From assembly GCA_021799085.1 (NCBI GenBank), contig JAJZBD010000005.1, forward strand, positions 4,498 through 68,497: a stretch of DNA of 64,000 bases, in the 5' to 3' direction. The notes under the pieces were generated by a model. That model saw only the letters and a list, made by a program, of their open reading frames with translations, did not search any database and was not told the origin of the DNA. The stretch's first letter is position 1; each line of letters opens with the position of its first letter. The translations under genes and the position numbers were made by a program. The stretch is from Nanobdellota archaeon. Its GTDB lineage: Archaea > Nanobdellota > Nanobdellia > Parvarchaeales > Parvarchaeaceae. This document shows positions 19,521 to 29,382 of the stretch, piece after piece.

Positions 19521-19811
19521 ATGGATAAAGGATATTATGCTGTGTTGATAATCATTGTTGCATTAGTGATAGTGGCAGCAATATTCTACACAAACCCTTA
19601 TGAGAACCACAGACAGATAGCCATAGGAATATGCGAATTGGAATGCCACAACATAATAACCAACTCTACGTTGACAAGCAATACCTGCATAAAAGAGAAT
19701 GCGAGTTTCGGCTATTCATGTGCAGCGGTAAATTCCACTGCTTCTACAGTCTGCTCAAATACAAATGAGATAAATTTAAATTATAACTGCGTTTTGGAAA
19801 GCGTAAAATAA
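19521..19811 (+). CDS. small Cys-rich secreted/membrane-anchored protein
   Basis: 96 aa, N-terminal hydrophobic anchor, 8 Cys, several N-x-S/T sequons. Confidence 0.3.
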   Translation: MDKGYYAVLIIIVALVIVAAIFYTNPYENHRQIAIGICELECHNIITNSTLTSNTCIKENASFGYSCAAVNSTASTVCSNTNEINLNYNCVLESVK

Positions 19812-20450
19812 TTACTTAACAAGCTGATCCAATGCATGCAATTTCTTGTTAAGAAAGTCTATCCTGCTCTGCTTGTCTTCCAGTATCTTACCAGATTCGA
19901 TGTGTGTAAGTACTCCACCATCATTCTTGCACCTAAAGTCATTTTGAAGGGCCTCATTTACATCGTATCTTCTGTTGCAGATATCACAGACGTAAAAGTC
20001 TTCCGCCTTGTTTAACTCCATTGATTTTTTGGTTTGTTTTATCTCTTCTTCATACATCTCTCTTATTATGAATACCAGCTTTCCCGGATTTGCGCTCCAA
20101 AAATAGGTATACCATGCTTTGTTGTTCTTTCTTACCTTTCTGTAGGAAACAAGATTTTTATTGTAAAGCCTATACAGGAATTTTCTTATTGCATTTGCCT
20201 TTTCAAACTTAAGTTTTTTTGCAAGCAGGTTCTCCTCCATTTCTCCCTTGGAAATAAGAAACTCAAAAACTTCCAGGCCTTTTTCTCCAGCAACGTCAAT
20301 AACGTATTTTCTTGCTTCCTCTAATTTCAAAAGCTTATTGGTGTCGATTACTATCTTTTTTTCTCGTTTTACAACCGCCTTTTTTGTCTTTTTTATCTTG
20401 GCCTTGGCCTTAACTTTTTTCACTTTATTCTTCGCTTTTTTCGTAGCCAT
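19812..20450 (-). CDS. tfe: transcription factor E (TFIIE-alpha homologue) with lysine-rich N-terminal tail
   Basis: Winged-helix region plus C-terminal zinc ribbon CDICNRRYDVNEALQNDFRC; first ~32 aa are K/A-rich (KKAKNKVKKVKAKAKIKKTKK). Confidence 0.6.
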   Translation of the reverse strand: MATKKAKNKVKKVKAKAKIKKTKKAVVKREKKIVIDTNKLLKLEEARKYVIDVAGEKGLEVFEFLISKGEMEENLLAKKLKFEKANAIRKFLYRLYNKNLVSYRKVRKNNKAWYTYFWSANPGKLVFIIREMYEEEIKQTKKSMELNKAEDFYVCDICNRRYDVNEALQNDFRCKNDGGVLTHIESGKILEDKQSRIDFLNKKLHALDQLVK

Positions 20451-20501
20451 TTTTATATATAGTAAATTAGAGATTTAACCTTTTCCATTAAGGATAAAAT
20501 T

Positions 20502-21755
20502 CTACTTTAAGGACGCAAATATTATTGAGCCTATTGGACTTAAAAGAACTAAAAGCAGGATAAAAAGAAATGCAACGGTATTCAGGATTGCAAGTGCTTT
20601 CTTCTCATTTTTAACAACGTAACCCAAAGCATCGAAAAATATCTTACCCCCATCTACAAGATAAGACAATGGGAGTATGTTTACTATCGCAAGGCTGAAG
20701 GATATAACCCATAACCACAAGAAAAGTCCATCTATCCAGTAAAGAGATTGAGAAGGAAAAGAATTATTTGGAAATGCCGTGACGGAGATTGGTTCTATTA
20801 TAAATGCGGGTGGCTTTGCAAGCGAGAAAAACCCGCCAACTCCGATGTAACTGTGATATGTATTGTTTATTGATGAATTATAGGTAGTTTTCATGGAATA
20901 AACTTTTCCACTAGTTAAGGTAAAATTAACATACTGCCCGGGCTTGACATTGAGATCAGACAAGGCCTGCTGCTCCGAATAAAACTTGTGACCGTTTATT
21001 TCTGAAACCGTGGAATTTACCGGTAAAGAAACCAAGCTTGCCGGACTGTTATTTACAACCGTTGAAACATCGAGGTAATATGGAGAATATGAAACTAAAT
21101 TAGCCGAAACCATAAAATGGGAAAGCAAAAGATATGCTCCCAAAAATATGAAGCCTAAAACAACATTTGTAAAAGCACCTGCGGCAAATATCCTCAAACG
21201 ATCCATTCTCTTCGCTTTTATCACTTTCTTTTCATCCGGTTCTACAAAAGCCAGAGGAAGAACTCCAAATAGAAAGCCGAACCCAGTAGATTTTATTTTT
21301 ATGTTTTTTGAAAGTGCAACTACGCCGTGAGAAGCTTCATGCAAAGCTGCCAATACAATTACAGCTATAAGTATGTAAAGTATGGGAACACCTATTAAAA
21401 CAGGTATCCCCCCTACTGATATTGAAACTGGAAACAAGGGTGCTACGGCCGGAAAAGTAGTTTTTGGACTCGTTATCATAAGATAAAGATAAGGCAGGAA
21501 AAGGTATAGGACAAAGCCTATGCCTGCAAGTGCAACAAACACCCCTATTGTTGAATAGATGTTTATTAGCCGTTTAAACCTTGCCAGCTTCTTCATCACT
21601 TTCAATCCTATCTTTGTTTTGTAAAGAAAAACTACCTTTCCTTCTACATCAAACTTTTTTCTCTCTATAATTACGAATAGGCCGAATATTAAGAGTATTA
21701 TGATTGTTAAAAGTAAATTATCTCCATTTGCTAAGAGCACACTTAAAACTGACAT
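20502..21755 (-). CDS. site-2 protease (M50 family) with PDZ-like domain
   Basis: LHEASHGVVALSKNIKIKSTGFGFLFGVLPLAFVEPDE matches M50 HExxH...LxxGG..FVEPDE; multiple TM helices. Confidence 0.65.
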   Translation of the reverse strand: MSVLSVLLANGDNLLLTIIILLIFGLFVIIERKKFDVEGKVVFLYKTKIGLKVMKKLARFKRLINIYSTIGVFVALAGIGFVLYLFLPYLYLMITSPKTTFPAVAPLFPVSISVGGIPVLIGVPILYILIAVIVLAALHEASHGVVALSKNIKIKSTGFGFLFGVLPLAFVEPDEKKVIKAKRMDRLRIFAAGAFTNVVLGFIFLGAYLLLSHFMVSANLVSYSPYYLDVSTVVNNSPASLVSLPVNSTVSEINGHKFYSEQQALSDLNVKPGQYVNFTLTSGKVYSMKTTYNSSINNTYHSYIGVGGFFSLAKPPAFIIEPISVTAFPNNSFPSQSLYWIDGLFLWLWVISFSLAIVNILPLSYLVDGGKIFFDALGYVVKNEKKALAILNTVAFLFILLLVLLSPIGSIIFASLK

Positions 21756-21762
21756 TATATAC

Positions 21763-21951
21763 TTACACCTTTAACTTTCTTAACTCTTTGTGTTTAGGCC
21801 TCAATGCTGAAGAACCGCAGTTCCTGCACCTTACTTCATTCCTTCTAAGAACTTTCTGGCTGGAAACGCGTATCTTTGCATTGCAGTTTCTGCATACGTA
21901 TACGTTATAGAACAGCCTGCTATCAGCAACCGGATTGGATCTCTCTGCCAT
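21763..21951 (-). CDS. rpl40e: 50S ribosomal protein L40e
   Basis: 62 aa; RLFYNVYVCRNCNA...CRNCGSSALRPKHK matches archaeal L40e C4 zinc-ribbon pattern. Confidence 0.65.
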   Translation of the reverse strand: MAERSNPVADSRLFYNVYVCRNCNAKIRVSSQKVLRRNEVRCRNCGSSALRPKHKELRKLKV

Positions 21952-22014
21952 AATCTTATAGGTTTCTATTTACTTATATATAAAGTTTTATTTAGTGCAT
22001 AATTAGTATAGTTA

Positions 22015-22515
22015 ATGAAAATTGACGTTATAAGGAAGGACTCAAAAGAGATTGCAGAAAAGCTAAAGGGCCTTGGCTTTGAAAGGGTATTACTTCTAAA
22101 AGACCAGAGCATAAAGGACATCACAAATGATGAAAACGTTGAATTCAAAGCTTATTCTGGAAAGGACTATGATTTTGTCATCAGAAAGGGGAAGGCAAAG
22201 TTCATATATGATTTAGAGGTGAACGGCTTTCTTCTGAACAAGGGATTGTGCAGCAAGTTGAAGGAAAACAATATGATAGTGGTATTCAGCTTTTCAGCGC
22301 TTGAAAAAAGCGAAAACATGTTTAAAGTCTACAAGAACTTGTTGATAAACGGAAAGCTTTGCAATGACTATGGGATAAACTGTTTATACTCCTCAGGCTC
22401 AGAAAATAGAAACGATGTAAAGTCATTTTTCCAGCTTTGCTCATTTGCGGAAGAATTCGGTTACAACTACAAGAACCTGATTAAAAGCATGAAAGCCGTA
22501 GCGGAATTAACTTAA
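22015..22515 (+). CDS. hypothetical protein, possibly a short RNase P protein subunit Rpp30/Rnp3-like
   Basis: 166 aa; weak colinear resemblance to Pyrococcus Rpp30; low confidence. Confidence 0.25.
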   Translation: MKIDVIRKDSKEIAEKLKGLGFERVLLLKDQSIKDITNDENVEFKAYSGKDYDFVIRKGKAKFIYDLEVNGFLLNKGLCSKLKENNMIVVFSFSALEKSENMFKVYKNLLINGKLCNDYGINCLYSSGSENRNDVKSFFQLCSFAEEFGYNYKNLIKSMKAVAELT

Positions 22516-22521
22516 TCAAAT

Positions 22522-23613
22522 ATGCTGAAAAACCGAGGAAATGCTTTCAGAATATCAATTTACGCTGCAGTTATACTTTTGTCTGCATACATTATATTTT
22601 CTGGAAAAGTTGAATTATATCCAGTCTATACAAGAGCCTTCGTAATAATAACCTCTCTTATAATAGCAAACACCGGAATACTTGCATCTAGGGAGATAGA
22701 TGTCATTGCTGCGAAAATGACAAAAAAATTCAAAAGCATTAAAAAGATATCTCTGTTACTAGTTGCAATAACTTTTCTGGTGTCCATTGCAATGACAAAC
22801 GATGCTTCCCTCTTGATACTTATACCCATAACTGTAGAGATAGGAATAATATCCAGAAAGAGCCTATTAAACACCATAATAATGCAGATCATCGCTGCGA
22901 ATGTGGGTTCAATGCTTACCCCTTTCGGCAACCCACAAAACATAATAATATTCTTACGCTACCACTTAACTGCTATCAATTTTATTGCGGGGGCATTTCC
23001 AGCATTTGCAATATCAACCATCCTTCTTTTTGCATTCACTTTCTTCCTAGTAAAGGACGGCAAATTAAAAACAAATTACAAGGCAAAGAAACCGCATATG
23101 CCACTTTTTTACTCCTCTCTTTTTATCTTTGTAATAGAAGTTATCGGCATGCTTTTAGGTTATAGTGAGTATTTTTTTGTAGCTATGATTGCCTTTTCAA
23201 TAATTATACTTGCATTTGTAAGAATCCCTGGTTCAAAAAGGATTGGGACTCTCAGCAAGATAGACCTGCTGCTTATACTAATTTTTTTCATAGTCTTCAT
23301 GATATTCGGCTCTCTTAGCTCCATAATTCCACTGCCCAAAAGCAACTCACTTTTGTACCAATTTATATATGCAGTTTTGATCTCACAAGTCATAAGCAAT
23401 GTGCCGGCTTCTGTTTTGCTGAAAACATTTAATTTCATACCATTGTTATGGGGAGTCAACATAGGCGGAAACGGCAGTGTTATTGCTTCGCTTGCAAATG
23501 TTATAGGGCTCAGACAGACAAAAGACAAGGGAAAATATACTTTATTCCTAAAAACTTCCTTTCTTTTCCTGGTCATTAATGCTACTCTAGCTGCAATTAT
23601 CATGTCTTTGTGA
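22522..23613 (+). CDS. anion permease (ArsB/NhaD/DASS-type ion transporter superfamily)
   Basis: 363 aa, ~10-11 TM helices with internal repeat architecture. Confidence 0.45.
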   Translation: MLKNRGNAFRISIYAAVILLSAYIIFSGKVELYPVYTRAFVIITSLIIANTGILASREIDVIAAKMTKKFKSIKKISLLLVAITFLVSIAMTNDASLLILIPITVEIGIISRKSLLNTIIMQIIAANVGSMLTPFGNPQNIIIFLRYHLTAINFIAGAFPAFAISTILLFAFTFFLVKDGKLKTNYKAKKPHMPLFYSSLFIFVIEVIGMLLGYSEYFFVAMIAFSIIILAFVRIPGSKRIGTLSKIDLLLILIFFIVFMIFGSLSSIIPLPKSNSLLYQFIYAVLISQVISNVPASVLLKTFNFIPLLWGVNIGGNGSVIASLANVIGLRQTKDKGKYTLFLKTSFLFLVINATLAAIIMSL

Positions 23614-23646
23614 TTTATTTTGCTTAAATAGAACATTAAAAATAGA

Positions 23647-23719
23647 TGGGCCCGAAGGGATTCGAACCCTTGGTCTTCTGCACGTCAAGCAGACGTCATA
23701 ACCGCTGGACCACGGGCCC
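23647..23719 (-). tRNA. tRNA-Val (anticodon GAC)
   Basis: GGGCCCG acceptor, D-arm GTCC-AGCGGTTA, T-arm AAGGG-TTCGAAT-CCCTT. Anticodon stem TCTGC/GCAGA with loop TTGACGT. Confidence 0.85.
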
Positions 23720-23806
23720 ATAATTACTAACAACTGCAGGTAAAATATAAAAACTTATTTAAAATGAAATAAAAAAGCTTTTATTGATAAATTATAATAT
23801 TTCCAT

Positions 23807-25099
23807 ATGAATTACGACTTGAATTATGTAAAAGACCATAGGGATGAACTTGTGTCGTCTATAAAGAAGAGATTTTTAACGCCCCCAATAGAAAATCCTG
23901 TTGATAGGTTGATTGAATTGAACGAGCTCATAAAAAAGACAAGAAGCAATGTAGATGAATTAAGGCACAAAAGAAATACGATAAGCAGAGAATTCGCTGA
24001 AAACAAGGGAAATGCAGAGGAAAAGGAAAATGAAAGAAAAAATGTAAGAGAGATAATGCAGCAGATAAAGGCCATGGAGGATGATATAGCAAAATACGAA
24101 GAAGAAGCGAAAAACCTGTTTTTATGGCTGCCTAATGTAGTGAGCTCTGACGCTCCTGAAGGAAAGGATGACAATGACAACGTTGAAATAAGGAAATTCG
24201 GAGAAATCAAAAAAAGGGACTTTGCAACTAAAAGCCACATTGATTTAGGGCAGGAAAGAAGGCTCTTAGACGTTGAAAAGGCGGCAAAGATCGCAGGAAG
24301 CAGGTTTGTATTCATAAGGGGCAAGCTAGTACAATTGGAACTTGCACTAGAGATGTACTCCATTCAAAAAATAGCCTCGAAGGGTTATACGCCCATCATC
24401 CCACCTTTTATGATAAGAAGAGACATCTACAGCGGAATAGCGCACATGGCAACATTTGAAGATGCTCTTTACAAAGTTACCGGTGTGGAAGAAGAAGGTG
24501 AAGAGGAGCGTTTTCTTATTTCTACAACAGAACATCCAATGATAGCGCAGTATTCAAATGAAGTAATACCTGAAGAAGAACTCCCTATAAAAATGGTTGG
24601 GGTAAGTCCTGCTTTCAGAAAAGAAGCTGGAGCACATGGAAAAGACACGAAAGGGATATTCAGGCTACACCAATTTGATCAGACTGAACAGATAGTGCTG
24701 TGCAAACCTGAAGACTCAAAACGCTTTCACGAAGAAATGCTGGGCAATATTGAAGAGATATGGAAAGAGCTAAATATACCTTACAGGGTTGTAAGCTGCT
24801 CTACTGGGGATATGGGCGTTAGAGACGTAAAGCAATATGACATAGAGGCTTACCTTTATTCGCAAGGAAAATATAGAGAGGTAGGCTCATTTGATAATAC
24901 CACAGACTGGATATCTAGAAGATTAAACATAAAATATGTGGATAAACGGGGAAACAAGGATTATGTTTACACTTTAGATGGGACAGGACTACCGATGCAG
25001 AGAGCAATGATAGCGATAATCGACACTTACCAGCAGAAAGACGGAACCATAATTATTCCAGAAGTGCTTAGAAAATACACAGGTTTCAGCGAAATTTAG
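23807..25099 (+). CDS. serS: seryl-tRNA synthetase
   Basis: 430 aa; N-terminal coiled-coil arm; class II motifs incl. FRKEAGAHGKDTKGIFRLHQFDQTEQ and GTGLPMQRAMIAIIDTYQ. Confidence 0.85.
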   Translation: MNYDLNYVKDHRDELVSSIKKRFLTPPIENPVDRLIELNELIKKTRSNVDELRHKRNTISREFAENKGNAEEKENERKNVREIMQQIKAMEDDIAKYEEEAKNLFLWLPNVVSSDAPEGKDDNDNVEIRKFGEIKKRDFATKSHIDLGQERRLLDVEKAAKIAGSRFVFIRGKLVQLELALEMYSIQKIASKGYTPIIPPFMIRRDIYSGIAHMATFEDALYKVTGVEEEGEEERFLISTTEHPMIAQYSNEVIPEEELPIKMVGVSPAFRKEAGAHGKDTKGIFRLHQFDQTEQIVLCKPEDSKRFHEEMLGNIEEIWKELNIPYRVVSCSTGDMGVRDVKQYDIEAYLYSQGKYREVGSFDNTTDWISRRLNIKYVDKRGNKDYVYTLDGTGLPMQRAMIAIIDTYQQKDGTIIIPEVLRKYTGFSEI

Positions 25100-25170
25100 T
25101 AATACCATAGTAATACTCACCTTTAATTTATAAAAGGAAAAATCCATTTATTATCAAGGGGGGTAATATT

Positions 25171-27351
25171 ATGGAGAATAAAACGCTTGAGGAAATAATA
25201 AAACCAAATGATGCTTCTGATTCGAAATTAAGGCTTCTTGTCATGTCCGAATTAGAGCTTGCAACTAAATTAAGCAGCAGAGAGATATTAAACAATCTTG
25301 GCCAGATGATAAAGAACTATGAGGGAAAAATCGACGGAATAGTGATAAACGGAGGGCTGGCATACATTCCTGATAAATACAGTAGATTAAGGGGGGAAAG
25401 GCTGGACTTAGTAGAGGACAGACTAAAGGAAAAGTATGGAGAAGAGGCATACAACGAAGTTAAGCGTGGTAAAAATGACTCTGATTCAGTTGACGACTTG
25501 ACAGAGGCTGCAAGGCTTGCAAAGATACAAATGAAAAGCATAGCCTACGAGGCAAGGAAAAAGGAGATACCTATATACTACATCTATGGCGTTACCGATT
25601 ACAAGAATGTAAAGATGATAATAGAAGCGCTTGAAAGACTGAGCAGAAGAAACAACAAAGAAGAAGAGAAACTAAAGGTAAACAAGAAAAACAAAAAGCA
25701 GAATAAACTTGAGAACAAAATGCCTGATGAAATAGAAAGGATAATGTCAATAATACCAGAAAGCTACAAATTCAAGGCTTCGCAGTGGAAGACCTCTGAC
25801 AAAAAGGGAATAAAAGACAAGGCAAATGATATTTACTTGCACTTAATTAATATGGTGCTCAATGATGGTAAAAACGAAGACAACATAAAGGTTTACAAAA
25901 GATTTGAAAACTTCTTGGGAGAAAAGGAAGATAACAATCCTGATGCAGAGATATTGATAAACGGCTTCAAGGTAAAGGTTTTCCACGCAATAAATGCGCT
26001 TACTGCGGGATTAAACGAAGGGAAACCAAGCGATAGGAATATAAACATGATAGTAGACTACGCCAACCTTGATGCGCAGTATGGAAGACTTGCAGATATT
26101 TACATAACCGGTAGAGGATCCGCTACTGAATTCACAGCTTTGGATTACCAAAGCAGAAAAGACCCAGTATTGATATTAAACCAAGGACCGTTAATGGACA
26201 TAGACCGACAGTTCAAACTGAGAGCCAGTCTTAACAAGACCGATGTGGCAAAAAGACTATCGCAGTTTGAAGACAGTGGGATATCTTTATTATCGGTTTA
26301 CAATGACAAAAGCGTTGAAATAGAGCATGTTGATTTAGGGGGAATCAAAAAGGGCATAAACCCATACAAAATAAACAAAGATAAGACAAAAGGATCACTT
26401 TATGAAATGGTGCAGATATCGGATTGGCACGTTGGAAATGCTGCATCGGATTATGAAGCAATGGAGAAGGTCCCGGAAATAATAAATAGAAGCCAAGTGC
26501 CTAAAGACAAAAGAATTTTATTTATAGGGGGAGATATGGTAGACGGCGGAAACGACAAGGCACAGAGGACAAAAATGTCTTTGCCAAGAGCTCCTAGCCC
26601 GGAGGAATTCTTAGGAAAGCTTGAAGATATACTAAATGACACTGACAAGGACAGAGCAAAAGAGAATTTCATGTCGGAATTACACAAGGTTGTTTACGGC
26701 AACTCAGACATTGACCTTGGCCAGCAGGAAAAAAGACTTGATAAGTACCTTAGACCATTGGGACCATTATTTGAAAAGGCCTATGTAGTTGGAGGAAACC
26801 ACTTTGAGAGAGCCACTGGAAATGGGAGTGAAGGCAGAATGATAGGGCCAAAACTTGAAAACAATGGGACTAAAGAAGTAGTTTACGTAGATGATTATCT
26901 TTTGAGGGGAGAAACGCCTTATCTTGACAGTTATGGGCTGTTGCAGGTGCACAGCGCAGGTTATAGGGGTGGAGTAGACGCAAGAACCTCTCTTATGAAC
27001 ACGGTAAAGAACACTGGAAAAGACCTAGTTGACATAGCAATGGCAGGTGACTGCCATGAACCGGGCATAAAATTTGCACTGAAAAAGAAGGATGAAGACT
27101 GGAAAACTATGGCAGCAATCACGGTGCCTGCTTTGGAGAATGAAACATTCTTTGAGAGTTACATAATACACAAACCTAACTACACGAAGGGGATAAGCGA
27201 ACTTTACATACCGACTGATACAACGGTAGGAACTTCATACTTAAAATATAAGTTAATACCATTGCAGGGCATAAGAACCGCTATGCAGGCGGAGGGCGGG
27301 TCCAGATACAATCGTTTGCTTGACAACCTTCTTAAAAAGTTTGGGAACTGA
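25171..27351 (+). CDS. large metallophosphoesterase (calcineurin-like) with long N-terminal region of unknown function
   Basis: 726 aa; C-terminal half has MPE motifs SDWHVG (DxH), GGDMVDGG (GDxxD), GGNHFE (GNHE), GDCHE. N-terminal ~400 aa contain a possibly degenerate second MPE-like segment and a K/E-rich linker. Confidence 0.55.
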   Translation: MENKTLEEIIKPNDASDSKLRLLVMSELELATKLSSREILNNLGQMIKNYEGKIDGIVINGGLAYIPDKYSRLRGERLDLVEDRLKEKYGEEAYNEVKRGKNDSDSVDDLTEAARLAKIQMKSIAYEARKKEIPIYYIYGVTDYKNVKMIIEALERLSRRNNKEEEKLKVNKKNKKQNKLENKMPDEIERIMSIIPESYKFKASQWKTSDKKGIKDKANDIYLHLINMVLNDGKNEDNIKVYKRFENFLGEKEDNNPDAEILINGFKVKVFHAINALTAGLNEGKPSDRNINMIVDYANLDAQYGRLADIYITGRGSATEFTALDYQSRKDPVLILNQGPLMDIDRQFKLRASLNKTDVAKRLSQFEDSGISLLSVYNDKSVEIEHVDLGGIKKGINPYKINKDKTKGSLYEMVQISDWHVGNAASDYEAMEKVPEIINRSQVPKDKRILFIGGDMVDGGNDKAQRTKMSLPRAPSPEEFLGKLEDILNDTDKDRAKENFMSELHKVVYGNSDIDLGQQEKRLDKYLRPLGPLFEKAYVVGGNHFERATGNGSEGRMIGPKLENNGTKEVVYVDDYLLRGETPYLDSYGLLQVHSAGYRGGVDARTSLMNTVKNTGKDLVDIAMAGDCHEPGIKFALKKKDEDWKTMAAITVPALENETFFESYIIHKPNYTKGISELYIPTDTTVGTSYLKYKLIPLQGIRTAMQAEGGSRYNRLLDNLLKKFGN

Positions 27352-27389
27352 ATGCAATAATATTAGTAGTATAACCTACAGATATTCTT

Positions 27390-28448
27390 ATGGATGAAGC
27401 TAAGAAAGAGGAAAGCATAAAGAGTGTAAGGGATTTTGTGTCGAAAAACAATGATTTTACCATTTTTTATCACCTTGACACCGACGGTATAGTAAGCGCA
27501 GCACTTCTTACCTCCGCACTTAAAAAGATCAACAAAGGCATTTACTACTACAGGCCTACGAACTATGAAGATTACAAGGATATGGACCTGCAGGAATACA
27601 GTAAGAACATAATAGTATGTGACATGCAAATAAGAGAAGACCAGCTGCCATTGTTCAAGGACAAGAACCTCTGTATAATAGACCACCACCAGGTAATAAA
27701 CGCGGATCTACTGGCTTACGCAAATCCTAAAATATGGGGGGATAACACGTACACCCCTTGTTCATTAGTAGTTTACAGGATATTTGAGCAGGAAATAAAG
27801 GAACTTGACTGGGCTTCTGCAATAGGCCTTGTTGGAGATTCCGGCGGAAAGGAAAATTCCGATTTTGTGAAAAAAACTGCGGAGAAATATGGAATAAAGA
27901 TAGGAAAAGATGAATTCATGTATGATAATGACTTTGGGAAGGCTGCCGGAATGATAGGTTCAATGACTACCTTGTATAATAGAGAAGGCGCGGATGAAGC
28001 CTTAGGGATATTAATTAACAGCAATTCCATTTCTGACATTATCAACAACCAAAAACTTGTTTTTGCTGATAAGAAGGTAAGGGAAGAACTTGAAAAACTC
28101 AAGAAGGATTTCAAGGAAAACGCGCAGAAATACGGGAGGATATACTTTTATGAATTGGACCAGAAAAAGAAAAGGTATTCCTCTACGCTGGTTACAGAGC
28201 TCAGCTTTGACAAGGAATACTACGGCAATGTCCTTGTGTTCATGACAAAGATAAATGCAAGGACTATGAGACTTAATTTAAGAGCAAATGGGGTAGAGAT
28301 AAAACTGCCAATAATGCTTAACAATATATTCAAAAACATGAAGGGAGAAGGCGGGGGGCATGATAAAGCATCCGGTGGCTCAATAGATTACAAAGACAGG
28401 GAAAAATTCAAGAAGCTGTTTTTGGAAGAAGCCAGTAATCTTAAATAA
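27390..28448 (+). CDS. DHH-family phosphoesterase (NrnA-like, DHH + DHHA1)
   Basis: 352 aa; HLDTDG, IIDHH (DHH motif), C-terminal GEGGGHDKASGG (DHHA1 GGGH). Confidence 0.65.
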   Translation: MDEAKKEESIKSVRDFVSKNNDFTIFYHLDTDGIVSAALLTSALKKINKGIYYYRPTNYEDYKDMDLQEYSKNIIVCDMQIREDQLPLFKDKNLCIIDHHQVINADLLAYANPKIWGDNTYTPCSLVVYRIFEQEIKELDWASAIGLVGDSGGKENSDFVKKTAEKYGIKIGKDEFMYDNDFGKAAGMIGSMTTLYNREGADEALGILINSNSISDIINNQKLVFADKKVREELEKLKKDFKENAQKYGRIYFYELDQKKKRYSSTLVTELSFDKEYYGNVLVFMTKINARTMRLNLRANGVEIKLPIMLNNIFKNMKGEGGGHDKASGGSIDYKDREKFKKLFLEEASNLK

Positions 28449-28718
28449 CTAGAAATCAGGTGCTCTGCTTACCTCTGATATGCTAAGGCTTGCATCTGTA
28501 AATGAAGAAAATGCCTCTTCAATCTTTGAAGTTCCTTGCTCTTCGTCTGCTACAAGCGTTACCATTATGACTGTTAAGCCGAATGCAAGAGGCTGAACTT
28601 CCATTTTGTATATTGAACCGTATTTTGAAAGAAATGACTTTATTTTTTCCGATGTATCATTTAAATCAGATGAAGTGTCCTTCGGAAGCGCCTTTATTTT
28701 TATCACTACTTTTCCCAT
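28449..28718 (-). CDS. ef1b: elongation factor 1-beta (aEF-1beta)
   Basis: Start moved to MGKVVIKIKALP (ATG 28716..28718). ...VQPLAFGLTVIMVTLVADEEQG... matches aEF1B. The ORF-track N-terminal extension is read-through from the upstream gene frame. Confidence 0.75.
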   Translation of the reverse strand: MGKVVIKIKALPKDTSSDLNDTSEKIKSFLSKYGSIYKMEVQPLAFGLTVIMVTLVADEEQGTSKIEEAFSSFTDASLSISEVSRAPDF

Positions 28719-28719
28719 A

Positions 28720-28905
28720 TCAAGGCCCCACAAAACCGCACACTTTGCAGGTGTAATTGACTCCTCTCCCCCTACATTTTCCGCATCTTGAAATTTTAGT
28801 ACCGCAGTTTGGGCAGTTGAATACCACCGAATCACCTATTATGGATATGTCCCTTTCACATGATATACAGAAATTCTTTTCTGTTTCAACCAACTCTTCT
28901 GCCAT
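28720..28905 (-). CDS. small zinc-ribbon protein (conserved partner upstream of aEF-1beta)
   Basis: 61 aa; CISCE...CPNCG...CGKCRG...CKVCG. Stop TGA 1 nt before ef1b ATG. Confidence 0.5.
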   Translation of the reverse strand: MAEELVETEKNFCISCERDISIIGDSVVFNCPNCGTKISRCGKCRGRGVNYTCKVCGFVGP

Positions 28906-28986
28906 TTGTTAGTTTATTATCAGATTCATATTTATATGTTTCTGTTATAAATAATATATGGAAAAAGAGATAAAACAGGTGATAAC

Positions 28987-29382
28987 ATGATTATGAGGGG
29001 CGTAAAAACAAGAAATGACAGTAAACAAAAAGAGATTAAACAAGTGATAATACTTAGGAAGGATATAGACATGGGAACTGGAAAGATGGTAGCGCAGGGC
29101 TCTCATGCAAGCCTTATGAGTTTTCTTCATACCGAAAAAAGCCACCCTGAGATTGCCAGAAAATGGCTTGCGGAAGGGGAAACAAAAATAGTGCTAAAGG
29201 TAAACAAACAGGTTGAATTTGAGGAACTGAAAAATAGGCTTAAAACGAGCGGCATACCCTTCCAAGTCGTAAAAGACGCAGGCCAGACGCAGGTTCCTCC
29301 TGGAACTGAAACTGCAATAGGTGTAGGGCCTTACTATGCAGATGACATAAATAAGATAACTGCAAAGCTAAAACTTTTATGA
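28987..29382 (+). CDS. pth2: peptidyl-tRNA hydrolase, archaeal type (Pth2)
   Basis: GKMVAQGSHAS and DAGQTQVPPGTETAIGVGP signatures. Confidence 0.75.
   Translation: MIMRGVKTRNDSKQKEIKQVIILRKDIDMGTGKMVAQGSHASLMSFLHTEKSHPEIARKWLAEGETKIVLKVNKQVEFEELKNRLKTSGIPFQVVKDAGQTQVPPGTETAIGVGPYYADDINKITAKLKLL

Noticed and set aside
23721-23730. Shared decamer TAATTACTAA downstream of tRNA-Val (23721) and in the RHH promoter region (60544)
   Set aside because: Short AT-only words recur by chance in a ~35% GC genome; there is no extended similarity beyond 10 nt.
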